Source of the DNA: an uncultured Bacillota bacterium
GTDB taxonomy: Bacteria; Bacillota; Clostridia; Christensenellales; UBA1242
Reading direction: 5' to 3'
NCBI GenBank assembly: GCA_947090235.1
Contig: CAMUNJ010000001.1
Location: 1 to 34,889, forward strand
DNA length: 34,889 nucleotides
In this document: piece by piece, positions 1 through 10,471 of the stretch
Layout: every line of letters begins with the position of its first letter
Position numbering within the stretch: the first letter of the stretch is position 1
The notes under the pieces: model-generated
The model's database searches: none
Told to the model about the DNA's origin: nothing
What the model saw: the letters and a program-made list of their open reading frames with translations, nothing else
Made by a program: the position numbers and the translations under genes

Positions 1-149
1 CAAAAAATCATTAATTTTTTAATGTTTTTTATTAATTTTAAACGCTTTTTTATTAAATTATATTTTTTAGAAAAATTATTAAAAAATTAAATAAAATAAA
101 AAATATATTTATTTTCTTATTTTAAATTCGAAAATAAATATATCATTTT

Positions 150-1538
150 TTAACCTAGAATTGAGCCAACTGTTCTTGGAAATAGTTCTACATCTCTAAT
201 ATTTGTTATTCCTGTTAGATACATAACAAGTCTTTCAAAGCCTAAGCCATAACCAGAATGAACATTTGTGCCATATCTGCGAGTATCCAAATACCAAGAA
301 TAATCCTCTTCATTAAGTCCAAGTTCTTTTATTCTTGCTAATAATTTTTCTAAGCGTTCCTCTCTTTGGCTTCCACCACAAAGTTCACCAATTCCAGGAA
401 CAAGCATATCTACAGCGGCAACAGTTTTACCATCATCGTTTTGACGCATATAAAATGCCTTTATATCTTTTGGATAGTTTTTCAAGAAAACCGGTTTTTT
501 ATAAACTTCTTCTGTCAAATATCTTTCATGCTCTGATTGAAGATCAATTCCCCATTTGACTGGAAATACAAATTTATCTTTAACTTTCTCTAAGATTGAA
601 ATTGCCTCAGTATAGTCGAGACGAACAAAATCATTTTCAACTATATTTTTTAACCTTTCTAAAAGCCCAATATCAACAAATTTATTTAAAAATTCAAGTT
701 CATCAAAACATTCTTGCATAACATATTTGATAACATATTTGATCATGTCTTCTTCATTGTCCATAAGTTCTTCTAATTCGCAGAAACAAATTTCTGGCTC
801 CATCATCCAAAACTCTGCAGCATGGCGTGAGGTATTTGAATTTTCAGCACGGAATGTTGGGCCAAAAGTATAAGTTTTGCCAAAAGCATGAGTTATAGTC
901 TCTTCATGAAGTTGACCAGAAACTGTAAGCGAAACCTTTTTACCAAAAAAGTCTTTACTATAATCTATTTTTCCATCTTTCTTTTCAGGTTTGTCCATGT
1001 CTAGAGTTGTCACCTGAAACATTTCACCAGCACCTTCGCAATCATTTGCTGTTATGATTGGAGTATGAACATAAACAAAGTTTTTTTCATTGAAAAACTT
1101 GTGAATAGCAAATGCCGCCACCGAGCGTATACGAAATACAGCATTAAATAAATTTCCACGACAACGAATTGTAGGTATAGTTCTCAAAAACTCAATAGTG
1201 TGACGCTTTTTTTGTAGTGGATAATCTCTGTCGCTTTCACCTAAAACTTCAACTTGGCTAGCATTAATTTCAAAAGCCTGTTGTGCATTTGGAGTTAAAA
1301 GAAGTTTGCCTTTTACTTTAAAAGAAGATCCAACATTTTGCTTTACAATCTCTTCATAGTTTTTGATTTTGTCTTTTTCAACAACTATCTGCACAGATTT
1401 AAATGCTCCATCATTGAGTTCAATAAAGGCTATATTCTTGCTGTCACGAACTGTTCTTGCCCACCCGCAAAGAGTTATTTCTTTATCTGCATACTTTTCA
1501 TAAGTTTTCTGCAAATCTCTAATTTCTATCCTTTTCAT
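150..1538 (-). CDS. asnS: asparagine--tRNA ligase (class IIb)
   Basis: 462-aa ORF. It has an N-terminal OB anticodon-binding region ([24 protein letters not shown]) and class II motifs ([41 protein letters not shown]). A GGAGA RBS precedes it, and it lies 11 nt downstream of the aspS-type gene. Confidence 0.9.
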   Translation of the reverse strand: MKRIEIRDLQKTYEKYADKEITLCGWARTVRDSKNIAFIELNDGAFKSVQIVVEKDKIKNYEEIVKQNVGSSFKVKGKLLLTPNAQQAFEINASQVEVLGESDRDYPLQKKRHTIEFLRTIPTIRCRGNLFNAVFRIRSVAAFAIHKFFNEKNFVYVHTPIITANDCEGAGEMFQVTTLDMDKPEKKDGKIDYSKDFFGKKVSLTVSGQLHEETITHAFGKTYTFGPTFRAENSNTSRHAAEFWMMEPEICFCELEELMDNEEDMIKYVIKYVMQECFDELEFLNKFVDIGLLERLKNIVENDFVRLDYTEAISILEKVKDKFVFPVKWGIDLQSEHERYLTEEVYKKPVFLKNYPKDIKAFYMRQNDDGKTVAAVDMLVPGIGELCGGSQREERLEKLLARIKELGLNEEDYSWYLDTRRYGTNVHSGYGLGFERLVMYLTGITNIRDVELFPRTVGSILG

Positions 1539-1549
1539 AATTTCTCCTT

Positions 1550-2827
1550 TTATGGATCCAATCTATCTGGACCTCTAAATATAAATTGTGTTTCTTTAAG
1601 TGATGGAAGATTTAGCAAAAGCATTGTTAATCTATCCACACCTATTGCAAAACCACCATGTGGAGGCATACCATATTTGAACGACTCCAAATAAAATTTA
1701 ACATCATCTGTCAAGCCCTTTTCTTGTGCATTTTTCTTGATTTCCTCATAACGATGTTCTCTTTGAGCACCAGAGGTGATTTCAATTCCCTTCCAAATAA
1801 GGTCGTAACCTTGTAAAACGCCTTGCTTTCTCATATGATAAAAGGCTCTTTTTGCAGGAGGATAATCTGTAACGAAAAGAAATTCATGCCCAAATTTATC
1901 TTTCGCTAGTCTCTCACACAATCTTTCAGCCTCTGTTGTAAGGTCGGTTTTTTCTTCTTCAGGAACTGTAAAGTCATAACGAGTTTTAAGTTCATCATAA
2001 ACATCTAAAAGTTTCATTTGTGGGAATGGAAGAGTTGGTATATTAATTTCAACTCCAAAAACTTCTTTAACTTTATCTCCAAATTTTTCTTTTGTCTTTG
2101 CAAGACCATATGCTAACATTTCTGCTTCCAAATTCATCACATCTTGGAACGAATTTATATAACAAAACTCTACATCAAAACTTGTAAACTCTGTTGCATG
2201 CTTTTTTGTATGAGATTTTTCTGCACGAAAACATGGAGCAATTTCAAAAACTCTTTCCAATCCCCCCGCTATCGCCATTTGCTTATAAAACTGAGGGCTT
2301 TGAGCAAGATATGCCTTGCGACCAAAATACTTTACTTCAAAAACTTCTGAGCCACTTTCTGATGCTGTTGCAATAAACTTTGGCGTATGAATTTCTGTAA
2401 AATCCTTATTAATCAAATACTCACGCATTGCGTTAACTAAAAAACTTTGAAATTGGAATATTAATTGATTTCTTTCTGTTCTAAGGTCAATAAAACGATA
2501 GTCCATTCTTTGATCTATTGAACTTTCTGGACCTATAGGAAAGGCCTCGGCGTGAGATGTTAATTCTACATTTTCTGGGATTATTTCTATTCCGCCAAGT
2601 TTTACAAATTCATTTGCAACCGCTTGTCCTTTTATTTTTACAGTACTTTCAAGTGTAGCATGAGAAAAAATTTCTGCAATCTCAGGTTTTTCTTCTTTTA
2701 CAACTGTCACTTGAATTTTGCCTGAAAGGTCACGAATGACAACAAACTGCATACTTTTTTTATCACGCAAATTCTCAATCCAACCCTGTATTTCAACTTC
2801 CCCTGGTCTCACTTCACAAATTTTCAT
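1550..2827 (-). CDS. aspS: aspartate--tRNA ligase, short archaeal/type-2 form (possibly non-discriminating)
   Basis: 425 aa, lacking the bacterial GAD insertion. Motifs: [34 protein letters not shown]-terminal RGPDRLDP. An AAGGAGA RBS precedes the ATG. Confidence 0.85.
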   Translation of the reverse strand: MKICEVRPGEVEIQGWIENLRDKKSMQFVVIRDLSGKIQVTVVKEEKPEIAEIFSHATLESTVKIKGQAVANEFVKLGGIEIIPENVELTSHAEAFPIGPESSIDQRMDYRFIDLRTERNQLIFQFQSFLVNAMREYLINKDFTEIHTPKFIATASESGSEVFEVKYFGRKAYLAQSPQFYKQMAIAGGLERVFEIAPCFRAEKSHTKKHATEFTSFDVEFCYINSFQDVMNLEAEMLAYGLAKTKEKFGDKVKEVFGVEINIPTLPFPQMKLLDVYDELKTRYDFTVPEEEKTDLTTEAERLCERLAKDKFGHEFLFVTDYPPAKRAFYHMRKQGVLQGYDLIWKGIEITSGAQREHRYEEIKKNAQEKGLTDDVKFYLESFKYGMPPHGGFAIGVDRLTMLLLNLPSLKETQFIFRGPDRLDP

Positions 2828-2884
2828 TTTTTATTTCTCCTTTTTAATTTTAATTAATAACCGCACCTATAAAAAGTGCTGTTG

Positions 2885-3094
2885 GCAACAAAAAATCGCC
2901 CAAATGTATTTCTACATTAGGACGAAATAAAATTTCCGCGGTGCCACCTAACTTGTCTAAAATAGACCTCTCTTTAAGTTTTTCAAACTCCAAAGTGTTC
3001 TTCATTTTGATTGCCTTGATTGCACTTTCACCCCGACACAACCTCTCTATAAAAGCAATTAGCCAAAACTACTCTCTTCTTCAACGCTTGATTA
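2885..3094 (-). promoter_or_regulatory. T-box leader (tRNA-sensing riboswitch) of the aspS-asnS operon; candidate specifier AAC (Asn)
   Basis: Read on the minus strand. Stem I elements are AGAGAGTAG and ATAGAGAGG...GGTGAAAG. The specifier-loop-like string is TGAAGAACACTT. The T-box motif AAGTTAGGTGGCACCGCGG lies at 2936-2954. A terminator hairpin plus T-run follows at 2890-2925. Confidence 0.8.
2890..2925 (-). terminator. T-box attenuator (intrinsic terminator)
   Basis: Minus strand TCGTCCTAATGT-agaaat-ACATTTGGGCGA followed by TTTTTTG. Its 5' arm overlaps the sequence that can pair with the T-box motif (antiterminator alternative). Confidence 0.75.
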
Positions 3095-3100
3095 TGCCTA

Positions 3101-3129
3101 ATAATAAACTATTTTTATAATTTTGTCAA
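3101..3129 (-). promoter_or_regulatory. sigma-A type promoter for the T-box leader
   Basis: Minus strand TTGACA (3129-3124), 17-nt spacer, TATTAT (3106-3101). Confidence 0.65.
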
Positions 3130-3229
3130 GAAAAAATAAGGTTATTCAATAATTTATTAGTTAACAGCCACCTCGACTTGACTGCTTGACCTGAATATGA
3201 TAAAATATTGTCGAAAAATGGGGAATGAT

Positions 3230-3667
3230 ATGAAAAAATTTTTTATTTTAATTTTGCTTTGTCTATGTTTATCCGCCTCTCCTTTTGTTTTTTCTGGCTG
3301 CAAACAGCCACCTTCTCAAAATGGGGAAATAGTTTTGCCCGATGACGAAAACAATGTGGATAATGAAAATCAAGATGATGATAAGCAAGAAAATAATACT
3401 GAACTTGGGGACAAAATATTAAAAACTAAATGCACAGAAATTGTAGATATTTTACTTGAAAGTAGTTATTTTGAAAACGAAAAATCTTTTAGCATTTTAA
3501 AAAATGGTTTAGGAGGTAAAATTATTTGCCAAATGCAAACTTTAACTTTGGAAGAGTTTGGAATTTTAAATGCTTTTTTACTATCTAAATTAAATAATTT
3601 TGATGACTATATAATAAAAACTTTTATAGAACAAAATCAGTTTATTGTGACGATAAACTACAAATAA
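3230..3667 (+). CDS. lipoprotein, unknown function
   Basis: Start chosen at internal ATG 3230 (MKKFFILILLCLCLSASPFVFSGC). It has a signal peptide with lipobox FSG-C and an acidic low-complexity linker. TTGACT-17-TAAAAT at 3178-3206 would place the track start at 3197 inside the promoter. Confidence 0.6.
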   Translation: MKKFFILILLCLCLSASPFVFSGCKQPPSQNGEIVLPDDENNVDNENQDDDKQENNTELGDKILKTKCTEIVDILLESSYFENEKSFSILKNGLGGKIICQMQTLTLEEFGILNAFLLSKLNNFDDYIIKTFIEQNQFIVTINYK

Positions 3668-3701
3668 AAAACTTAAATTTTGATTACAAAATTTAAGTTT
3701 T
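3668..3701. terminator. bidirectional intrinsic terminator between the lipoprotein gene and uvrA
   Basis: AAAACTTAAATTTT-gattac-AAAATTTAAGTTTT: a perfect 14-bp stem flanked by A and T runs. Confidence 0.7.
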
Positions 3702-3705
3702 ATTT

Positions 3706-6540
3706 TTATTTATTCAAAATTTTTCTCAAAAATTGTCCTGTAAAACTTTCTGGAACAAGAGCGACTTCTTCTGGCGTTCCTTTTGCAACTATAGTTCCGC
3801 CACCACTTCCGCCTTCTGGCCCAAGATCAATTATTTGATCTGCCGATTTGATTACATCAAGGTTATGCTCAATGACAACTACACTATTTCCACTTTCTAC
3901 AAGCCTGTTCAAAATGCCAATAAGTTTGCGAACATCATACATATGAAGACCTGTTGTTGGCTCATCAAGAAGATAAATAGTCTTGCCTGTAGATTTTTTT
4001 GAAAGTTCTGTAGCAAGTTTAACCCTTTGTGCTTCACCACCAGATAGAGTTGTTGCAGATTGACCTAACTTGATATAGTCAAGGCCTACATCGTGCAGTG
4101 CCTGAACTTTGGCTTTTATTGCTGGAATATTTTCAAAGAAAGACAATGCTTCTTCGACTGTCATGTCCAGAACATCTGATATAGTTTTTCCTTTATACTT
4201 AACCTCAAGCGTTTCGTGATTATATCTATGTCCTTTACAAACTTCGCAAGGAACTGTTATATCAGGCAAGAAGAACATTTCAATCTCTTTTACGCCAGCA
4301 CCTTCGCAAGCATCACAACGCCCACCTTTTACATTAAAAGAAAATCTTCCCGGTTGATATCCACGCATTTTGGCATCAGGAGTTGAAGCAAATAATTCGC
4401 GAATAGCAGTAAACATTCCCACATAAGTTGCAGGATTAGAACGAGGAGTTCTGCCTATAGGCGATTGGTCAATGCAGATAACTTTATCTAAAAGATCAAC
4501 ATTTTCTATCTTCTTAAAAGTTCCTAATTCCAATCTAGAATTATTTAACACATTTGAAAGATAAGGATAAACTATTTCATTTATCAAACTAGACTTTCCG
4601 CTTCCAGAAACCCCTGTCACAACAGTAAATACTCCCAATGGAATGTCGACATCTATATCGCGAAGATTGTTTTCTTTCGCACCTCTAACTTTTAAAAATT
4701 TTGTAGGCTTTCGACGATTTTTAGGTGTCTCTATAACCTCTTCGCCACGCAAAAACTTGGCAGTTATTGAGTTTGAATTTTTCATAACATCTTCAACACT
4801 GCCGTTTCCAACAATTTCACCACCATGAACGCCAGCATATGGTCCAACATCCACAAGCCAATCGGCTGTGCGAATAGTATCTTCATCATGCTCAACCACA
4901 ATCAAAGTGTTGCCAAGATCACGCAAGTTTTTCATTGTTTCAATAAGCCTGTCGTTGTCGCGTTGATGAAGACCTATACTTGGCTCATCCAAAATATATA
5001 AAACACCAGAAAGACCACTACCTATCTGTGTTGCAAGTCGAATTCGCTGTGCTTCGCCACCAGATAATGTACTTGCCGAACGCGAAAGCGTAAGATAATT
5101 CAATCCAACATTGCTTAAAAATTTTAATCGTGCATTTATCTCTTTTAAAATGCTTTTTGCGATTTCAGCCTTGGCTTTGTCGAGTTTTAATCCAACAAAA
5201 TATGGTACAAGTTCGCCTACACTCATATCACAAGTGTCTGCAATGTTTTTGTTGTTTACCCTAACAGATAAAGCCGAATCGTTCAACCTATGCCCCTTAC
5301 AAACTGGACATGTTTGCTCTCGTACAAACTTGGCTATTTCTAGTTTTATAAACTCGCTTTTGCCCTCAGTTAATCTTCTTTTTAAGTTGTTGATTATCCC
5401 TTCAAAAGAAAGTGCTTTTTTGCCATTATAATGCTCAAAAGTTTTGTTTCTAGCTTCGCTATCATACAAGTCTAACTTCTCGCCATTGTTGCCGTATAAT
5501 AAAATATCCAACTTCTTTCTAGCAAGTTTTTTAACTGGCTCATCTAAATCAATGTCGTATTTCTTTGCTAAAGCGTTCAAATATCTTTGCGTCATGGAGC
5601 CTTCGTCATAACGCCAACCAGTTATGTTAAATGCCCCATCGCGAATTGAAAGATCACCATTTTTTAAAACTAAACCTTCATCAATATCTGTGACCACTCC
5701 AAGCCCAGAACAATTTGGACATGCTCCATATGGAGCATTAAAGGAGAATAATCTTGGTGAAACTTCTTCCAAAGTCCATCCACATTCAGAACATGCGTAG
5801 TTTGTTGAATAAAGTTGCTCTTCGCCCTCACAATCAACAATAACTAAACCGTCTGCGAGTTTCAAGGCCGTTTCTAGACTATCATTGAGACGCGAACGAA
5901 CTCCATCTTTCAAAACAATTCTGTCCACAACTGCTCTAATATTATGTTTAAGGTTTTTGTCTAATTCTATCTGCTCGTCCAAATTATATATACTGCCATC
6001 AACTTGGACACGAACAAATCCGCTCTTTTTTAAACTTTCAAATTGTTTTGCAAACGCACCTTTTTGTCCTCTAACAATAGGTGCTAAAATTGTAAGTTTA
6101 CTTCCCTCAGTTTTTTCAAGAATGTTGTCTATAATTTGGTCGATAGTTTGTTGCGAGATAGGTTTATGACAATGAGGACAATATGGCGTTCCTACTCTAG
6201 CAAAAAGTAAACGAATATAATCGTAAATCTCCGTCACTGTGCCAACCGTAGACCTAGGGTTATGATTGGTGGTTTTTTGGTCGATAGAAATAGCCGGACT
6301 TAAACCTTCAATAGATTCTACATCTGGTTTTTGAGCCTGTCCCAGAAATTGTCTAGCATAAGAGGAAAGACTTTCAATATATCGTCTTTGTCCTTCTGCA
6401 AAAATAGTGCCAAAAGCAAGGCTGGTTTTTCCCGAACCGCTAACACCAGTAAATACAATCAATTTGTTTTTAGGAATTTCAAGAGAAACATTTTTCAAGT
6501 TGTTTTCCCTTGCCCCACTGATAAGAATAGAATTTTTCAT
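3706..6540 (-). CDS. uvrA: excinuclease ABC subunit A
   Basis: Two ABC ATPase modules ([12 protein letters not shown] and [10 protein letters not shown]; LSGGEAQR twice) and zinc modules (CPHC, CPVC, CDAC..CEVC). Start set at [17 protein letters not shown] (6540); the 48 codons upstream in the track are low-complexity and unlike UvrA. Confidence 0.95.
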   Translation of the reverse strand: MKNSILISGARENNLKNVSLEIPKNKLIVFTGVSGSGKTSLAFGTIFAEGQRRYIESLSSYARQFLGQAQKPDVESIEGLSPAISIDQKTTNHNPRSTVGTVTEIYDYIRLLFARVGTPYCPHCHKPISQQTIDQIIDNILEKTEGSKLTILAPIVRGQKGAFAKQFESLKKSGFVRVQVDGSIYNLDEQIELDKNLKHNIRAVVDRIVLKDGVRSRLNDSLETALKLADGLVIVDCEGEEQLYSTNYACSECGWTLEEVSPRLFSFNAPYGACPNCSGLGVVTDIDEGLVLKNGDLSIRDGAFNITGWRYDEGSMTQRYLNALAKKYDIDLDEPVKKLARKKLDILLYGNNGEKLDLYDSEARNKTFEHYNGKKALSFEGIINNLKRRLTEGKSEFIKLEIAKFVREQTCPVCKGHRLNDSALSVRVNNKNIADTCDMSVGELVPYFVGLKLDKAKAEIAKSILKEINARLKFLSNVGLNYLTLSRSASTLSGGEAQRIRLATQIGSGLSGVLYILDEPSIGLHQRDNDRLIETMKNLRDLGNTLIVVEHDEDTIRTADWLVDVGPYAGVHGGEIVGNGSVEDVMKNSNSITAKFLRGEEVIETPKNRRKPTKFLKVRGAKENNLRDIDVDIPLGVFTVVTGVSGSGKSSLINEIVYPYLSNVLNNSRLELGTFKKIENVDLLDKVICIDQSPIGRTPRSNPATYVGMFTAIRELFASTPDAKMRGYQPGRFSFNVKGGRCDACEGAGVKEIEMFFLPDITVPCEVCKGHRYNHETLEVKYKGKTISDVLDMTVEEALSFFENIPAIKAKVQALHDVGLDYIKLGQSATTLSGGEAQRVKLATELSKKSTGKTIYLLDEPTTGLHMYDVRKLIGILNRLVESGNSVVVIEHNLDVIKSADQIIDLGPEGGSGGGTIVAKGTPEEVALVPESFTGQFLRKILNK

Positions 6541-6715
6541 AACTATATTATAGCCATTTTCTTGAACAATATCAAGTAATTTATTTTTTGTTTTACTTTT
6601 GATTTTCTTCTCTTTTAAAGAAAAGAAACAAAAGAAAACTAATTTTTTATAATCACTAGTCTGGCACCTATAAATAAAAAACAATAAGTGCTATCATGCA
6701 ATTAAAGGAGGAAAA

Positions 6716-6988
6716 ATGAAACAAGATAATTTAAACCAGCACTTATATGATATTGTAGCAAAAGTTTTAAAATCTAAAATGAAAGCCCAAAATTTATCCA
6801 TAAATAAACTTAGCAAACTCTCAGGCATTTCAAATAAGACAATTTCAAATTTACTAAAAGCCAGATCTAAAAATGTTAGAATGTCTACAATATTACCTTT
6901 ATTTGATATTTTAAATATATCTACAGATAAAGATATTATAATTCCATTAAATAAAGAAAATAAATTCACAATAAAAAATTGCAAATAG
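6716..6988 (+). CDS. XRE-family helix-turn-helix protein
   Basis: 90 aa. HTH signature NLSINKLSKLSGISNKTISNLLK. Strong RBS AAAGGAGGAAAAATG. Confidence 0.7.
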   Translation: MKQDNLNQHLYDIVAKVLKSKMKAQNLSINKLSKLSGISNKTISNLLKARSKNVRMSTILPLFDILNISTDKDIIIPLNKENKFTIKNCK

Positions 6989-7017
6989 GAAAAAATTGTG
7001 TTATACTTTACTCACAT

Positions 7018-7059
7018 GTTCTCGTGGCGTAATTGTATAACGCAGTGCCCTCCTAAGGC
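7018..7059 (+). pseudogene. 5' half of a disrupted tRNA-Arg(CCU) gene (attL side)
   Basis: GTTCTCG-TG-GCGT-AATTGTATA-ACGC-A-GTGCC-CTCCTAA, then a non-tRNA sequence. It pairs with the 3' half at 16308-16345. Confidence 0.55.
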
Positions 7060-7199
7060 TTTGTTATAGCCACCCCTGAAAACCCCTAAAACCCTTGTAT
7101 TTACTAGGTTTTCTGTGGTATTATGTTTGTGTGATTTTCGTAAATCCCATACAAAAGCCATCTTCACTCCAATTTTTTATAGTTTTTTATAAGTTTTAT

Positions 7200-7274
7200 G
7201 TTCCCATAGTAAAGTGGATATTACAAACCCCTCCTAAGGGTTAGTCGGCTGTTCGAGTCAGCCTGGGAACACCA
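7200..7274 (+). tRNA. tRNA-Arg (anticodon CCU), element-borne, CCA encoded
   Basis: 75-nt cloverleaf folded by hand. Acceptor GTTCCCA/TGGGAAC; D-arm GTAA-AGTGGATA-TTAC; anticodon arm AACCC-CTCCTAA-GGGTT; variable AGTC; T-arm GGCTG-TTCGAGT-CAGCC; discriminator A; CCA. Confidence 0.9.
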
Positions 7275-7277
7275 TTT

Positions 7278-7308
7278 AAGTATCTAATCTACTAGATACT
7301 TTTTATTT
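7278..7308 (+). terminator. intrinsic terminator after tRNA-Arg
   Basis: AAGTATCTA-atctac-TAGATACTT followed by TTTATTTT. Confidence 0.65.
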
Positions 7309-7320
7309 TGTGAGGTAATA

Positions 7321-8103
7321 ATGAATATAGAATTAAAACAATATCTTGACGACAAAACAATTTTATTAGATGTTTTAGACACTTATCCTAAACATATAAA
7401 AAAGTTAATCTCAGATAATGTGCCTTCAATAAATCAATACTTTGATGAAGAACAATCTTTACATGAAAAACATTTACAAATGAATTATTTCCCAACATAT
7501 AGTGGTAATAAATATTATCAAGCATACAACTCACTTGTTGATAAAATCGTTAATGACTTGTCCGAAAATTGTTATTATGCTTTATCCTTTCATGCTACAA
7601 GATTACTAAATGAGGAAATTACCGATATTAAAACCAATGGATTCAAGTTGTTTAATAAAAATGAACATAGCAAAAAACTAGACTTACTTAATGCTTATGG
7701 TTTTAATAAATCTGAAATTGATATTCTTAAAAATTGTTCTTATGTTGAAAATGGACAAAGAAGTAATAAAGTTTACTTTTGTCATGCTATTTCTACCTTG
7801 AATTTTGATAATGGGCTTAATCCTTTTTTTAGCACTTGGGGTGGAGAAATAACCTATTGGCATAAAGATATCCCTAGCAAGATTTTGAATAGACTTAAAT
7901 GCATAGGAATCCCTTGTTTAGTTATTGCTAAATTGCCTATATTCCAAATTACATCTGTTTCATACATGATTAAATCGCTTTTACATAACTTTATTACAAA
8001 ATCACAAAAAGAAGATATTGACACATCTTTAACTACAAATGATATTGTAATTTTAGATGTTATTCCTTTTGATAAATTTGCAGGCGATAAAGTCTTAATA
8101 TAA
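7321..8103 (+). CDS. hypothetical protein (element cargo)
   Basis: 260-aa ORF with a GAGG RBS. No signal peptide or TM segment seen and no family recognised. Motif string FHATRLLNEE...KVYFCHA...WGGEITYW noted. Confidence 0.55.
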   Translation: MNIELKQYLDDKTILLDVLDTYPKHIKKLISDNVPSINQYFDEEQSLHEKHLQMNYFPTYSGNKYYQAYNSLVDKIVNDLSENCYYALSFHATRLLNEEITDIKTNGFKLFNKNEHSKKLDLLNAYGFNKSEIDILKNCSYVENGQRSNKVYFCHAISTLNFDNGLNPFFSTWGGEITYWHKDIPSKILNRLKCIGIPCLVIAKLPIFQITSVSYMIKSLLHNFITKSQKEDIDTSLTTNDIVILDVIPFDKFAGDKVLI

Positions 8104-8123
8104 TTTCATGTCGAAACATTATC

Positions 8124-8156
8124 AATGCTAGGATACGATATTTCGCACCTAGCATT
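8124..8156. terminator. bidirectional terminator hairpin between orf260 and int
   Basis: AATGCTAGG-15 nt-CCTAGCATT followed by TTATTTTTATT. Confidence 0.55.
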
Positions 8157-8191
8157 TTATTTTTATTAAGTTTTTGTGTATCTCAATAACA

Positions 8192-9613
8192 TTACAAATA
8201 TTTTGTCAACAATTCTTGTGATGCCTTAACATCTTTTGAAAAGTGTGTGTAAATTTTTAATGTTGTATTTTTGTCGGCATGACCTGCCATTTGTGCAACA
8301 CCATTTACAGGTGCACCATTTGTGATAAGTCTTGTTATCCATGTGTGTCGTATCTTGTGATTTGATACAACTGTGACATTTGCTTCCAAAAGGTATTTTT
8401 GTAATAAGTAGTTTAGGTATTGTGGGAACTTTGGTGTGCCATCAACATTACAAAAGATATAGCCTCTTTTATCAAACTTTTTGTCGGCTTTTTTAAGTTC
8501 TTCATATTTGTCTTTGAATAATTGTAATTTTTCTGCTAATAAATCACTTATAAATAATTTTCTTGCTGATTTTTCTGTTTTTGTATCTCTATCATAAACG
8601 CCATGTTTTGGAGTGTAAACTCTGTCTCTGCATACACTTAAAACACGATTTTCTAAATCAATATCTTCCCATTTAAGACCACACACTTCGGCAGTTCTGA
8701 GCCCTAATTGAGCCATAATATACAAAGGTATAGTATTCCAAATAAGATTGAGTGATTTTCCTTCATCACTTAACCTGTTATCCGCTTCCTTTAATGTCTC
8801 TATTAACTTGTCATATTCTTCACTTGTCAATATCTTTGCTTCTTCGGTTTTTCTTCCACCTATACTATCTTTTGTATAAACACTTGAAGCATAGTTTGAA
8901 GTCACTAATTCGTTTTTGATTGCATAATTGAAAATTGCACTTAATGTATGTTGGTATTTTAGTATTGTTTCTTTTGCATAACCCTTTTCAACTACAATCT
9001 TTTCAAAAAATTCTTTTATACTTATTTTTAATAAACTACAAATTTTCTCGGCACTACTATATGCAATAGGCTCTCCATGTGTAGCATAGTAAAATACAGG
9101 GCGTGATAATATTCCGTCTCTTTCCGCCTTTCTCGCACCGCCATTTGCTTTTATACATTCCTTAAACTCATCAAGTTTATATTCTTTTACTTTTGCGGTA
9201 ATAGTTTTGTAAGTATATTCGTTTAGATAAGTGATAAATTGTTGTATTTCGTGAGCCCTTAAATCTACAAATCTTACATCTCCAAAATATTCGGTCATTC
9301 TTTTAATGCAATCTTCTGATCGCAAAATATAGTTTAATGATACCCTGTGTTTAACATTTCGTAGCCACTCATTTGCTACTTGATTAAAACTTGCATTGCT
9401 TAACTTGTGGGTATGACCATTTTTATATTCTGTTTCCCATGTTTCTCCAAAAGCAATCGCAGCCTTTTTTGCTCTTTCGCCTGTAAGATTGTTAGGGTTC
9501 TTCCAAGTTGTATTAACAAACTTATCTCTACCTAAATAGTCCTTTACCTTTATTTGTATTCCGTATGTTATATGACCATCTTTTTTTGCTATTCTTTTTT
9601 CATATGTTGCCAT
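8192..9613 (-). CDS. int: tyrosine recombinase / integrase (Tn916-like architecture)
   Basis: 473 aa. Catalytic signature: LRTAEVCGLKWEDIDL (Arg box), HKIRHTWITRL (HxxR), GHADKNTTLKIYTH (Tyr). N-terminal arm-binding-like domain. Adjacent to the tRNA att site. Confidence 0.9.
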   Translation of the reverse strand: MATYEKRIAKKDGHITYGIQIKVKDYLGRDKFVNTTWKNPNNLTGERAKKAAIAFGETWETEYKNGHTHKLSNASFNQVANEWLRNVKHRVSLNYILRSEDCIKRMTEYFGDVRFVDLRAHEIQQFITYLNEYTYKTITAKVKEYKLDEFKECIKANGGARKAERDGILSRPVFYYATHGEPIAYSSAEKICSLLKISIKEFFEKIVVEKGYAKETILKYQHTLSAIFNYAIKNELVTSNYASSVYTKDSIGGRKTEEAKILTSEEYDKLIETLKEADNRLSDEGKSLNLIWNTIPLYIMAQLGLRTAEVCGLKWEDIDLENRVLSVCRDRVYTPKHGVYDRDTKTEKSARKLFISDLLAEKLQLFKDKYEELKKADKKFDKRGYIFCNVDGTPKFPQYLNYLLQKYLLEANVTVVSNHKIRHTWITRLITNGAPVNGVAQMAGHADKNTTLKIYTHFSKDVKASQELLTKYL

Positions 9614-9614
9614 T

Positions 9615-10028
9615 TTATAATACTCCTTTTAATTTCATTTGTTCTTCGGCTCTTTGCTGTGCCATTTTTAGATACATTTTGTGTGTTTCTTTTTCGCTTT
9701 CTTTGTAAAAGCATTTTGCAGCCCATGTTGTTTTCTTTTTCTTAGTGGGGAACCTATATTCAGCGGTCTCATATGGTATAAAACTATATCTAAACCCACT
9801 TTCTTTTTCTGCTATAAGTTCAGTAAGTTTTTCTAACAATAGTGTTTCAAGGTCTTTGCCTTCAAGGTATTTTCGGTTTCTTATAGACCTTTCAAACAAT
9901 CTTACTTCGCCTGAAGCCGTATCCCTAAATTGTGCTTTAAGTGTGTATATAATGGGTTTTTCGCCAATCATTTGCATTAAGCCATTGTCTAACACGCTTA
10001 CATATTTTTCTAAATTTTTAATTTCCAT
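9615..10028 (-). CDS. hypothetical protein co-transcribed with int
   Basis: 137-aa ORF whose stop lies 1 nt before the int start. No family recognised. Confidence 0.55.
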   Translation of the reverse strand: MEIKNLEKYVSVLDNGLMQMIGEKPIIYTLKAQFRDTASGEVRLFERSIRNRKYLEGKDLETLLLEKLTELIAEKESGFRYSFIPYETAEYRFPTKKKKTTWAAKCFYKESEKETHKMYLKMAQQRAEEQMKLKGVL

Positions 10029-10046
10029 TTTTTTACTCCGTATGTT

Positions 10047-10235
10047 TTAGTTTTCACATAATTTGATTTTTAGAAAGTCGCATAGACTTTCAAGTTGGAT
10101 TAAAAACTTTGAGCCTATATTAAGCACTGTGATTTGGTTTGTTTGACACAAAACTCTCAAATAATATTTTGTTAGTGCTGTGTTAGGGTCAAGTTCTTTT
10201 AAGTAAGCATAGGCTTGCTCAATTGTCCTATACAT
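10047..10235 (-). CDS. excisionase-like / MerR-type small HTH DNA-binding protein
   Basis: 62 aa. TIEQAYAYLKELDPNTALTKYYLRVLCQTNQITVLNIGSKFLIQLESLCDFL matches the pattern of small excisionase-family HTH proteins. It is the first gene of the xis-orf-int operon. Confidence 0.5.
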   Translation of the reverse strand: MYRTIEQAYAYLKELDPNTALTKYYLRVLCQTNQITVLNIGSKFLIQLESLCDFLKIKLCEN

Positions 10236-10374
10236 AATGCCGTCCTCCTTTTATTAGTATTGTTTATCTCTTTGAGAAAGCCAAATGAAATGCCCTAAAA
10301 ACGGGATTTATTTTTTGGTTTTCACTTTAATTTAGTGGTCGATTATAAAATCAAGCCGATTTTTAACACTTTTT

Positions 10375-10461
10375 TGTTAACATTTACTTGCATAAATTTG
10401 AAAATCGCCTTATAATAGGACTATCTAAAAACATTTTTAATGTAAATAAATGTTAACATTT
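10375..10461 (+). promoter_or_regulatory. promoter plus operator sites of the element's XRE regulator
   Basis: TTGCAT (10388-10393), 17 nt, TATAAT (10411-10416). Perfect 14-bp palindrome AAATGTTAACATTT at 10448-10461 abutting the RBS, and a second copy TGTTAACATTT at 10375-10385 just upstream of the -35. Confidence 0.6.
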
Positions 10462-10471
10462 GGAGGTATTT

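Noticed and set aside
2850-3041. 63-aa minus-strand ORF in the supplied track
   Set aside because: It lies entirely inside the T-box leader (it covers the T-box motif and the terminator), has no RBS, and its sequence is explained by RNA structure.
6561-6576. Palindrome CTTGAACAATATCAAG upstream of uvrA as a possible LexA (Cheo) box
   Set aside because: Only one half (GAAC on the plus strand, GTTC on the minus) matches GAAC-N4-GTTC; the other half reads TCAA. It is too weak to call an SOS box without a genome-wide motif.
3733-6579. Plus-strand ORFs of 61-106 aa inside uvrA, and similar antisense ORFs inside asnS, aspS, KAP, the nrtR-like gene, the radical SAM gene, dnaA and dnaN
   Set aside because: These are shadow ORFs on the opposite strand of well-supported genes. 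They have no RBS and low-complexity composition typical of AT-rich antisense frames.
6541-6684. 48-codon N-terminal extension of the uvrA ORF
   Set aside because: Low-complexity Phe/Lys-rich sequence unlike UvrA. The canonical UvrA N-terminus ([15 protein letters not shown]) starts at 6540.
6694-6984. 96-aa minus-strand ORF overlapping the XRE gene at 6716-6988
   Set aside because: The plus-strand frame has a consensus RBS and a clear HTH motif; the antisense frame has neither.
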